Below are positions 9,349-17,380 of a DNA stretch of 32,000 bases, one piece after another. Source of the stretch: Mycobacterium tuberculosis H37Rv (GTDB lineage Bacteria; Actinomycetota; Actinomycetes; Mycobacteriales; Mycobacteriaceae); the NCBI RefSeq assembly GCF_000195955.2, contig NC_000962.3, forward strand, positions 570,001-602,000, in the 5' to 3' direction. A program made the translations under genes and the position numbers. Below the pieces are notes generated by a model. That model was not told the DNA's origin. It was given only the letters and a program-made list of their open reading frames with translations, and did no database searches. How positions within the stretch are numbered: position 1 is the stretch's first letter; every line of letters starts with the position of its first letter.

Positions 9349-10581
9349 GTGACTGTGTTCTCGGCGCTGTTGCTGGCCGGGGTTTTGTCCGCGCTGGCAC
9401 TGGCCGTCGGTGGTGCTGTTGGAATGCGGCTGACGTCGCGGGTCGTCGAACAGCGCCAACGGGTGGCCACGGAGTGGTCGGGAATCACGGTTTCGCAGAT
9501 GTTGCAATGCATTGTCACGCTGATGCCGCTGGGCGCCGCGGTGGTGGACACCCATCGCGACGTTGTCTACCTCAACGAACGGGCCAAAGAGCTAGGTCTG
9601 GTGCGCGACCGCCAGCTCGATGATCAGGCCTGGCGGGCCGCCCGGCAGGCGCTGGGTGGTGAAGACGTCGAGTTCGACCTGTCGCCGCGCAAGCGGTCGG
9701 CCACGGGTCGATCCGGGCTATCAGTGCATGGGCATGCCCGGTTGCTGAGCGAGGAAGACCGCCGGTTCGCCGTGGTGTTCGTGCACGACCAGTCGGATTA
9801 TGCGCGGATGGAGGCGGCTAGGCGTGACTTCGTGGCCAACGTCAGTCACGAGCTCAAGACGCCCGTCGGTGCCATGGCTCTACTCGCCGAGGCGCTGCTG
9901 GCGTCGGCCGACGACTCCGAAACCGTTCGGCGGTTCGCCGAGAAGGTGCTCATTGAGGCCAACCGGCTCGGTGACATGGTCGCCGAGTTGATCGAGCTAT
10001 CCCGGCTACAGGGCGCCGAGCGGCTACCCAATATGACCGACGTCGACGTCGATACGATTGTGTCGGAAGCGATTTCACGCCATAAGGTGGCGGCCGACAA
10101 CGCCGACATCGAAGTCCGCACCGACGCGCCCAGCAATCTGCGGGTGCTGGGCGACCAAACTCTGCTGGTTACCGCACTGGCAAACCTGGTTTCCAATGCG
10201 ATTGCCTATTCGCCGCGCGGGTCGCTGGTGTCGATCAGCCGTCGCCGTCGCGGTGCCAACATCGAGATCGCCGTCACCGACCGGGGCATCGGCATCGCGC
10301 CGGAAGACCAGGAGCGGGTCTTCGAACGGTTCTTCCGGGGGGACAAGGCGCGCTCGCGTGCCACCGGAGGCAGCGGACTCGGGTTGGCCATCGTCAAACA
10401 CGTCGCGGCTAATCACGACGGCACCATCCGCGTGTGGAGCAAACCGGGAACCGGGTCAACGTTCACCTTGGCTCTTCCGGCGTTGATCGAGGCCTATCAC
10501 GACGACGAGCGACCCGAGCAGGCGCGAGAGCCCGAACTGCGGTCAAACAGGTCACAACGAGAGGAAGAGCTGAGCCGATGA
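9349..10581 (+). CDS. senX3: Sensor histidine kinase SenX3 (phosphate-responsive two-component system)
   Basis: 410-aa ORF. It has an N-terminal TM segment and a PAS-like region. The kinase motifs are H-box [10 protein letters not shown]-box [10 protein letters not shown]1 DRGIGI and G2 [10 protein letters not shown]. Confidence 0.96.
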   Translation: MTVFSALLLAGVLSALALAVGGAVGMRLTSRVVEQRQRVATEWSGITVSQMLQCIVTLMPLGAAVVDTHRDVVYLNERAKELGLVRDRQLDDQAWRAARQALGGEDVEFDLSPRKRSATGRSGLSVHGHARLLSEEDRRFAVVFVHDQSDYARMEAARRDFVANVSHELKTPVGAMALLAEALLASADDSETVRRFAEKVLIEANRLGDMVAELIELSRLQGAERLPNMTDVDVDTIVSEAISRHKVAADNADIEVRTDAPSNLRVLGDQTLLVTALANLVSNAIAYSPRGSLVSISRRRRGANIEIAVTDRGIGIAPEDQERVFERFFRGDKARSRATGGSGLGLAIVKHVAANHDGTIRVWSKPGTGSTFTLALPALIEAYHDDERPEQAREPELRSNRSQREEELSR

Positions 10582-10809
10582 CCTGCGCCGACGACGATGC
10601 AGAGCGTAGCGATGAGGTGGGGGCACCACCCGCTTGCGGGGGAGAGTGGCGCTGATGACCTGCGCCGACGACGATGCAGAGCGTAGCGATGAGGTGGGGG
10701 CACCACCCGCTTGCGGGGGAGAGTGGCGCTGATGACCTGCGCCGACGACGATGCAGAGCGTAGCGATGAGGTGGGGGCACCACCCGCTTGCGGGGGAGAG
10801 TGGCGCTGA
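10579..10809 (+). repeat. Three perfect tandem 77-bp MIRU units filling the senX3-regX3 intercistronic region (MIRU-04 / ETR-D locus)
   Basis: The unit is tgacctgcgccgacgacgatgcagagcgtagcgatgaggtgggggcaccacccgcttgcgggggagagtggcgctga, at 10579-10655, 10656-10732 and 10733-10809. All three copies are identical by direct reading. Locus name is from memory. Confidence 0.97.
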
Positions 10810-11492
10810 TGACCAGTGTGTTGATTGTGGAGGACGAGGAGTCGCTGGCCGATCCGCTGGCGTTTCTGCTGCGCAAGGAGGGCTTTGAGGCCACGGTGGT
10901 GACCGATGGTCCGGCAGCTCTCGCCGAGTTCGACCGGGCCGGCGCCGACATCGTCCTGCTCGATCTGATGCTGCCTGGGATGTCGGGTACCGATGTATGC
11001 AAGCAGTTGCGCGCTCGGTCCAGCGTTCCGGTGATCATGGTGACCGCCCGGGATAGCGAGATCGACAAGGTGGTCGGCCTGGAGCTGGGCGCTGACGACT
11101 ACGTGACCAAGCCCTATTCGGCACGCGAGTTGATCGCACGCATCCGCGCGGTGCTGCGCCGTGGCGGCGACGACGACTCGGAGATGAGCGATGGCGTGCT
11201 GGAGTCCGGGCCGGTTCGCATGGATGTGGAGCGCCATGTCGTCTCGGTGAACGGTGACACCATCACGCTGCCGCTCAAGGAGTTCGACCTGCTGGAATAC
11301 CTGATGCGCAACAGCGGGCGGGTGTTGACTCGCGGACAACTGATCGACCGGGTCTGGGGTGCGGACTACGTGGGCGACACCAAGACGCTCGACGTCCATG
11401 TCAAGCGGCTGCGCTCCAAGATCGAAGCCGACCCGGCTAACCCGGTTCACTTGGTGACGGTGCGCGGGCTGGGCTACAAACTCGAGGGCTAG
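10809..11492 (+). CDS. regX3: OmpR/PhoB-family response regulator RegX3
   Basis: The protein is MTSVLIVEDEESL.... The receiver domain has phospho-acceptor context DIVLLDLMLPGMSG, and the C-terminal winged helix has VTVRGLGYKLE. ATG 10809 overlaps the TGA of the last MIRU mini-ORF. The ORF-track start at 10788 lies inside the repeat and is rejected. Confidence 0.95.
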   Translation: MTSVLIVEDEESLADPLAFLLRKEGFEATVVTDGPAALAEFDRAGADIVLLDLMLPGMSGTDVCKQLRARSSVPVIMVTARDSEIDKVVGLELGADDYVTKPYSARELIARIRAVLRRGGDDDSEMSDGVLESGPVRMDVERHVVSVNGDTITLPLKEFDLLEYLMRNSGRVLTRGQLIDRVWGADYVGDTKTLDVHVKRLRSKIEADPANPVHLVTVRGLGYKLEG

Positions 11493-13378
11493 CGGACGCC
11501 GACAACCTTGGCGACTGTCTGGTCGGCTACGGCCAGTGCCATCGCCATGATGGACAGCTGCGGGTTCACTTCCGGGCAGCTGGGCAGGATCGAGGCGTCG
11601 GCAACCCACACGCCCTCGACGCCGCGCAGCCGGCCCGTCGCGTCGACCGGACAAAGCTGCTCGTCGGCGCCGGCGGCCGCGGTGCCCGTCGGATGGAAGG
11701 CGGCCAGGTGCAGGCTTCTGGGGTTGGCTCGGCGCAGCACATCCTGCAGCTCGGGCAGGGACCGCATCGGTGGGGCGCCGGGGATACCGGTCAGCACCTC
11801 CACCGCGCCGGCGGCAAAGAGCAGCCGGCCAATGGCCTGCAGCGCGACCCGTAGCTTGGCGATCTCACCTGGAGCTATGTCATAGCGCACCACCGTCTCG
11901 CCGCGCACCGACCGCACCGTGCCGACGCCCCGATCGGCCACCATCGCCCCGAATGTTGCGATCTGCGGCGCCCGGTCGAGCCAGCGGAGCAGCTCGGCCC
12001 CGTAGCCGGGGAAGACCATCGACCCCATGCCCGGCGGTGTGGAGGTGGCCTCGATCAGCACGCCGTCGGATTCGTGAAACTCGTGAACCGCCGCGCTCTG
12101 CAGCACCCCGCGCCACGCGAAGACGTCGTCGTCGAAGAGCCCGGCCAGCATAGTTGCCGGGTGCAGCGCAAGGTTGTGGCCCAGTCGCGGGTGCCCACCA
12201 AGACCGCTGCGCCGCAACAGTCCTGGCGTCTCCGTCGCACCGGCGGCGACGACGACCGCGTCGGCCAGCACGTCGAGTGTGGTGCCGTCGGGCCGGCGGG
12301 CTCGCACGCCATAGGCCCGCCCGGCGCGGTGCAGGATCCGTTCGACCCGCGCCCAGGAGATGATCCGCGCGCCGGCCGCGCAGGCTTGCGGCAGGGCGTT
12401 GAGGTGCACGCCGAACTTGGCGTTGCTGGGGCAGCCGATCGCGCACTGGCAACAGCCACGGCACCCCGGCGCATTGCGCGGGATGGGCGCCGCCCGCCAG
12501 CCCAGCGACTTGGCGGCCTGCAGCAACAGGCGCCCGTTGCGGCCCATGATCTCCAGCGGCACCGGCGCAACCCGCAGTGTTTGCTCCGCATCGTCAAGAC
12601 GACGTCCCAGCTGGTCGGGGTCGGCCAGGCCGAGACCGAACTCGTCACGCCAGCGCCGCTGCACGGCAAGTGAAGGCCGAAAGCAGGTGCCGGAGTTGAC
12701 GACGGTGGTGCCGCCCACCGCCCGGCCCATCGGCAGCACCACCGCCGGTCGCCCGAGCGCGACGGTGGCCCCGGCGCCACGGTACAACCCGGCATAACGG
12801 TCGACCGGGTGGGTGCTACGGAACTCCTCGACCGTCCAGCGCCGTCCCTCTTCGAGCACGACCACGTCAAGGCCGGCCCGGGCCAGCGTGCGCGCGACCA
12901 TCGCGCCGCCCGCCCCGGAGCCGACGACCACCGCATCGGCCCTGGTGACGGATGGGCTGTCCGCCGACAAGATGACGGTCAACTCCGCGTCGGGGCGCGC
13001 CGCGTCATGTTCCTGGGCGCGGGCGAGCAATTCGTGCGCGTAGGTGTCGGCGCCGTTGGCCAACAGCACGATCGCCTTCAACCCCTCCACGGCCGCAGCG
13101 ACTTCCGGGCTCAGTGCGGCGATCCGGTGCAGCACCCGTGCCCGCTCGTCCGGGTGCAGTCGCGGTAGCGACCGGCCGGTGGTGAGGTAGCTGGCCGCCG
13201 CCAGTGAAGCCAGCCCGGCGCGCACCGCGAATCGTGAGGTCGCCGGCAGTCGTGTGACGTAGCGGTCAACGCGCTGCACGAATTGAGCCGGCAACGGGCC
13301 GCCGAGCTCCGGCGGCAGCAGCGCGGCGCCGAACGAGGCCAACGGATAGGACTTAGCCCGATCGGCGAGCCGGCTCAT
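11489..13378 (-). CDS. GMC-family FAD oxidoreductase with an N-terminal extension of about 190 aa (Rv0492c-like)
   Basis: The FAD fingerprint is AVVVGSGAGGAMVARTLARAGLDVVVLEEG, followed by GMC N- and C-domains. ATG 13378 overlaps the stop of the upstream small ORF (ATGA), giving 629 aa. The 684-aa ORF-track version extends into that gene. Confidence 0.9.
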   Translation of the reverse strand: MSRLADRAKSYPLASFGAALLPPELGGPLPAQFVQRVDRYVTRLPATSRFAVRAGLASLAAASYLTTGRSLPRLHPDERARVLHRIAALSPEVAAAVEGLKAIVLLANGADTYAHELLARAQEHDAARPDAELTVILSADSPSVTRADAVVVGSGAGGAMVARTLARAGLDVVVLEEGRRWTVEEFRSTHPVDRYAGLYRGAGATVALGRPAVVLPMGRAVGGTTVVNSGTCFRPSLAVQRRWRDEFGLGLADPDQLGRRLDDAEQTLRVAPVPLEIMGRNGRLLLQAAKSLGWRAAPIPRNAPGCRGCCQCAIGCPSNAKFGVHLNALPQACAAGARIISWARVERILHRAGRAYGVRARRPDGTTLDVLADAVVVAAGATETPGLLRRSGLGGHPRLGHNLALHPATMLAGLFDDDVFAWRGVLQSAAVHEFHESDGVLIEATSTPPGMGSMVFPGYGAELLRWLDRAPQIATFGAMVADRGVGTVRSVRGETVVRYDIAPGEIAKLRVALQAIGRLLFAAGAVEVLTGIPGAPPMRSLPELQDVLRRANPRSLHLAAFHPTGTAAAGADEQLCPVDATGRLRGVEGVWVADASILPSCPEVNPQLSIMAMALAVADQTVAKVVGVR

Positions 13379-13704
13379 ATCCGGCGCCCGAGCCGGCGGC
13401 CGAGCTTTATGAAGAACGGATACGTTGCGAAGATGGCAGCGGCCATCGCGTGCAGCGGCCACTCCGCGCGGGCCACATCCACGCTGAAAACCCCGCTGTT
13501 CCACATGAAATCGCGGCCGTTCTGTGCGCGAAATGGCCGCCACAGCATCCCGAGCCCGGGTACGTTGTGGTACAGCCCGAACGAAGCGCCGAAGAAGACG
13601 CCCAGGGCGGCGGCCTCGGCGGCATCGCGGCGGTCCACGGGCAGGCGTCGCTCGATGAGCACTCCGCAGACAAACAGCAGCGGCGGGTCGAGCAGGAAAC
13701 TCAT
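13375..13704 (-). CDS. Small hydrophobic (membrane) protein, 109 aa (Rv0492A-like)
   Basis: The protein is [22 protein letters not shown]...AAIFATYPFFIKLGRRLGRRI. ATG 13704-13702 overlaps the stop of the upstream gene (ATGA). Its own stop overlaps the ATG of the GMC gene (ATGA). It has hydrophobic segments and a basic C-terminus. Confidence 0.75.
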   Translation of the reverse strand: MSFLLDPPLLFVCGVLIERRLPVDRRDAAEAAALGVFFGASFGLYHNVPGLGMLWRPFRAQNGRDFMWNSGVFSVDVARAEWPLHAMAAAIFATYPFFIKLGRRLGRRI

Positions 13705-14690
13705 GCTGGCGTCCCTTCCTTGATAGCCGGTGCCGCGGTTCCCCGCAGGCCGACTTCGGCGTGTCCGGTGCCCAGCACCGACCAGTGCCGGCCGCCGAGC
13801 TCGATGTGGATGTCGGCCTGCTCGGTGTTGGTGCACACCGCCTTGGCCCCGTCGGGATCGGTGTATCCCAGGCTTACGCACCGCTCCGGCGGCTGGTCTA
13901 CCCGGATTAGCGCCTCCCGGCCGCCGATGCGTCCTTCCAGTTGCCAGTGCCGCACGCCGAGCGTTGTCCGCATTCGCAGCGACGGTAAAGGACTTGCGGG
14001 CCAATCCTTTCCGTCGATGCGGAAGCGAACGAACGCTAGCGGCGCGAGCCTGCGTAGGCCCGGCTTGTGTGATACCGCGGTCACCACCTCTAGGACGTCG
14101 CCGTCGCCGAGATCGGCATGGATCCATCCCCACCGCTTGGCATTGCCATGTCCGTAGATGTGGGCCACACTGCCGCGCCAGCTGTCGACGCGGTGGGTGG
14201 TTTCGCCGACGGCCAAGGAGCCAGCGAAGACGGCGGTGGGTGCGATCACCACTTGGGCGCCGGGCAGCAACTCGCGCTCCCAGGCCACGCGAGGAAACGT
14301 CCACAGTGGCGCCGCGGTGTCCTTCCAGGACAGCTCCCATGCGAGTGATCGGGTACGTCCGGTCAGCTCCGCTGGCGCCATTCGTACACCGGCGATGTCG
14401 AACCAGGCGGGGCCGGCCGCGGGTTGGGCGGGCTGGGGGCCGAAGCGCTCGGTGCCCGGCGGGGCATCCGGTGGAAACCAGGTCACCCAGCCGTGCGCGT
14501 AGGGCCCGCCGGTCGTCGGGGCCACCGTCTCACAGTGCACCCATAGGCCGGTACGCGTCAGTGGATCCGACAGAGTCGCATACCAGACTTCCAGGCGCCC
14601 GGCTGCACCGCGCCACCGCGGCAAGGCCGCCGACCGCGTTTCATCGTCCACTGCGGCACCTCCTGCTGGCTGAGTTGTCGATTCGCCCAC
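13701..14690 (-). CDS. Conserved hypothetical protein, Trp/Gly-rich and probably beta-rich (Rv0493c-like)
   Basis: Maximal ORF of 329 aa from GTG 14690. An in-frame GTG at 14651 is preceded by AGGAGG with a 7-nt spacer and is the better-supported start (316 aa). I can recognise no family motif by eye. Confidence 0.85.
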   Translation of the reverse strand: MGESTTQPAGGAAVDDETRSAALPRWRGAAGRLEVWYATLSDPLTRTGLWVHCETVAPTTGGPYAHGWVTWFPPDAPPGTERFGPQPAQPAAGPAWFDIAGVRMAPAELTGRTRSLAWELSWKDTAAPLWTFPRVAWERELLPGAQVVIAPTAVFAGSLAVGETTHRVDSWRGSVAHIYGHGNAKRWGWIHADLGDGDVLEVVTAVSHKPGLRRLAPLAFVRFRIDGKDWPASPLPSLRMRTTLGVRHWQLEGRIGGREALIRVDQPPERCVSLGYTDPDGAKAVCTNTEQADIHIELGGRHWSVLGTGHAEVGLRGTAAPAIKEGTPA

Positions 14691-14693
14691 TAT

Positions 14694-14708
14694 ATTGGTT
14701 GAGCCAAT
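14694..14708. promoter_or_regulatory. Candidate GntR/FadR-type operator: ATTGG-N5-CCAAT containing TGGTTGAGCCA
   Basis: The inverted repeat attggttgagccaat sits exactly between the divergent starts of Rv0493c and the GntR gene. It lies between the candidate -35 (TTGACT, minus, 14719-14714) and -10 (TATAGT, minus, 14694-14689) of the minus-strand operon. Confidence 0.3.
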
Positions 14709-15423
14709 GAACCAGTCAAGTGTCTTTCAGCCGCCGGATCGGCAGCGGGTGGATGAGCGGATCGCGACGACGATCGCCGACGCCATCCTCGACGGCGTCT
14801 TCCCGCCGGGCTCGACCCTGCCGCCCGAGCGAGACCTGGCAGAGCGGCTCGGTGTCAACCGCACCTCGCTACGCCAGGGTCTGGCGCGACTGCAACAGAT
14901 GGGCCTGATCGAGGTGCGGCACGGCAGCGGCAGTGTGGTCCGTGACCCCGAGGGGCTCACCCATCCCGCGGTGGTCGAGGCGCTGGTGCGCAAACTGGGC
15001 CCCGACTTCCTCGTCGAGTTGCTGGAGATCCGCGCGGCGTTAGGCCCGTTGATTGGCCGCCTGGCGGCCGCCCGGAGCACGCCCGAGGATGCCGAGGCGT
15101 TGTGTGCGGCGCTGGAAGTGGTGCAACAGGCGGACACGGCCGCGGCGCGGCAGGCAGCCGATCTTGCCTACTTCCGGGTGCTCATCCACAGCACTCGCAA
15201 CCGCGCATTGGGGTTGCTCTACCGCTGGGTGGAGCACGCCTTCGGCGGCCGCGAGCATGCGCTCACCGGGGCCTACGACGACGCGGACCCAGTGTTGACC
15301 GACCTGCGGGCGATCAACGGGGCGGTGCTGGCCGGTGACCCGGCGGCCGCTGCCGCGACCGTCGAGGCGTATCTGAACGCCAGTGCGCTGCGCATGGTCA
15401 AGTCCTACCGCGACCGCGCTTAG
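14695..15423 (+). CDS. GntR-family, FadR-subfamily transcriptional regulator (Rv0494-like)
   Basis: 242-aa ORF from TTG 14695, with an alternative ATG at 14707. The N-terminal wHTH is [38 protein letters not shown], and the C-terminal domain is all-helical and FCD-like. Confidence 0.92.
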
Positions 15424-16314
15424 CTACTGGGCCGCACGCGTCGCCGGATGTACGGCGATGAGCCCTAATTGACTGCGGCGCTTGCACATTGCTGCGAGTT
15501 CCCCATAGGCCTTCTCCCCGAGTAATTCGGTGAGTTCGTCGGCAAGGCTCTGCCACACCTGCTTGGTTCCGACATGGGCGGCCGGATCGCCGGTGCAATA
15601 CCAGTGCAGGTCAGCACCACCCGAGCCCCAACCGCGGCGGTCATATTCGGTGAGGGTGGTCTTGAGGATTTCGGTGCCGTCGGGGCGGGTCACCCATTCC
15701 TGGCTGCGCCGGATCGGCAACTGCCAGCAGACATCGGGTTTCATCGTCAACGGCGGCACGCCCAGCTTGAGGGCTTTGCTGTGCAGCGCGCAGCCGGCGC
15801 CACCGGCGAACCCGGGCCGGTTCAAGAAGATACACGCGCCCTTGTGTTTGCGGGTGCGGTGCTGGGGTTGGCCGTCGTGCTCGTCGAGTTCCAGGTAGCC
15901 CTTGCGGCGCAGGCCCTTTGCCCGGAACTGCCAGTCGTCGTCGGTCAGCTTGTGCACCGCGTCGGCCAACCGGGTGCGGTCGTCGTCGTCGGACAGGAAC
16001 GCACCGTGCGAACAACAGCCGTCGTTTGGCCGGCCCGCGACGGTGCCCTGGCAGGCGGGTGTGCCGAATACACACGCCCAGCGCGACAGCAACCAGGTAA
16101 GGTCGGCCGCGATCAGGTGCTCGGGATTGTCCGGGTCGTAGAACTCCACCCACTCACGGGCGAAGTCCAACTCGACTTCTTGCCCCGGGTGCACCGGTCT
16201 CCGTCGCGAATTTGCCACGGATTCAACGTTAGACCACGAAGCCCGCCGCGGGATTCCGCCATAGCCCAGCACGGCCGGCACATGCCACCGGGCGCCTTGC
16301 GCGGGTCGCCACAC
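15424..16314 (-). CDS. Cys-rich conserved hypothetical protein (Rv0495c-like, DUF3109)
   Basis: 296-aa maximal ORF from GTG 16314. Cys clusters are [25 protein letters not shown] and [20 protein letters not shown]. The first ~32 residues ([26 protein letters not shown]...) look non-protein-like. An in-frame GTG at 16218 is preceded by TAACGT-N7. Domain name is from memory. Confidence 0.85.
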   Translation of the reverse strand: MWRPAQGARWHVPAVLGYGGIPRRASWSNVESVANSRRRPVHPGQEVELDFAREWVEFYDPDNPEHLIAADLTWLLSRWACVFGTPACQGTVAGRPNDGCCSHGAFLSDDDDRTRLADAVHKLTDDDWQFRAKGLRRKGYLELDEHDGQPQHRTRKHKGACIFLNRPGFAGGAGCALHSKALKLGVPPLTMKPDVCWQLPIRRSQEWVTRPDGTEILKTTLTEYDRRGWGSGGADLHWYCTGDPAAHVGTKQVWQSLADELTELLGEKAYGELAAMCKRRSQLGLIAVHPATRAAQ

Positions 16315-16333
16315 GCCCGTATCTTCGCCCGGC

Positions 16334-16348
16334 TAGTTTGTTTTCGTG
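16334..16348 (+). promoter_or_regulatory. Candidate leaderless promoter/start for ppx1: -10 TAGTTT, 6-nt spacer, GTG
   Basis: TAGTTT (16334-16339) fits TANNNT. It is followed by 6 nt (gttttc) and then GTG 16346. Confidence 0.45.
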
Positions 16349-17380
16349 CGATTGGGCGTGCTGGACGTGGGTAGCAACACGGTCCATCTGCTGGTGGTCG
16401 ATGCCCACCGCGGCGGCCACCCGACCCCGATGAGCTCGACGAAGGCCACGCTGCGGCTGGCCGAGGCCACCGACAGCTCGGGCAAGATCACCAAGCGCGG
16501 AGCCGACAAGCTGATTTCCACCATCGACGAATTCGCCAAGATTGCCATCAGCTCGGGCTGTGCCGAGCTGATGGCCTTCGCCACGTCGGCGGTCCGCGAC
16601 GCCGAGAATTCCGAGGACGTCCTGTCCCGGGTGCGCAAAGAGACCGGTGTCGAGTTGCAGGCGCTGCGTGGGGAGGACGAGTCACGGCTGACCTTCCTGG
16701 CCGTGCGACGATGGTACGGGTGGAGCGCTGGGCGCATCCTCAACCTCGACATCGGCGGCGGCTCGCTGGAAGTGTCCAGTGGCGTGGACGAGGAGCCCGA
16801 GATTGCGTTATCGCTGCCCCTGGGCGCCGGACGGTTGACCCGAGAGTGGCTGCCCGACGATCCGCCGGGCCGGCGCCGGGTGGCGATGCTGCGAGACTGG
16901 CTGGATGCCGAGCTGGCCGAGCCCAGTGTGACCGTCCTGGAAGCCGGCAGCCCCGACCTGGCGGTCGCAACGTCGAAGACGTTTCGCTCGTTGGCGCGAC
17001 TAACCGGTGCGGCCCCATCCATGGCCGGGCCGCGGGTGAAGAGGACCCTAACGGCAAATGGTCTGCGGCAACTCATCGCGTTTATCTCTAGGATGACGGC
17101 GGTTGACCGTGCAGAACTGGAAGGGGTAAGCGCCGACCGAGCGCCGCAGATTGTGGCCGGCGCCCTGGTGGCAGAGGCGAGCATGCGAGCACTGTCGATA
17201 GAAGCGGTGGAAATCTGCCCGTGGGCGCTGCGGGAAGGTCTCATCTTGCGCAAACTCGACAGCGAAGCCGACGGAACCGCCCTCATCGAGTCTTCGTCTG
17301 TGCACACTTCGGTGCGTGCCGTCGGAGGTCAGCCAGCTGATCGGAACGCGGCCAACCGATCGAGAGGCAGCAAACCATGA
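16346..17380 (+). CDS. ppx1: Exopolyphosphatase, Ppx/GppA family
   Basis: 344-aa ORF. The ASKHA phosphate-1 motif [17 protein letters not shown] lies at the extreme N-terminus and the phosphate-2 motif is [12 protein letters not shown]. The stop overlaps the next ATG (ATGA at 17377-17380). Confidence 0.93.

Noticed and set aside
10788-10808. ORF-track start for regX3 at 10788 (MRGRVAL...).
   Set aside because: These codons lie inside the third MIRU unit in a frame created by the repeat. The conserved receiver N-terminus (MTSVLIVEDEE) begins at ATG 10809, which is stop-start coupled to the MIRU mini-ORF.
7286-10809. Whether the tandem repeats at 7286-7500 and 10579-10809 could be CRISPR arrays.
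   Set aside because: The units are directly contiguous with no unique spacers, there are no cas genes in the window, and the units match the MIRU family. These are VNTRs, not CRISPR.
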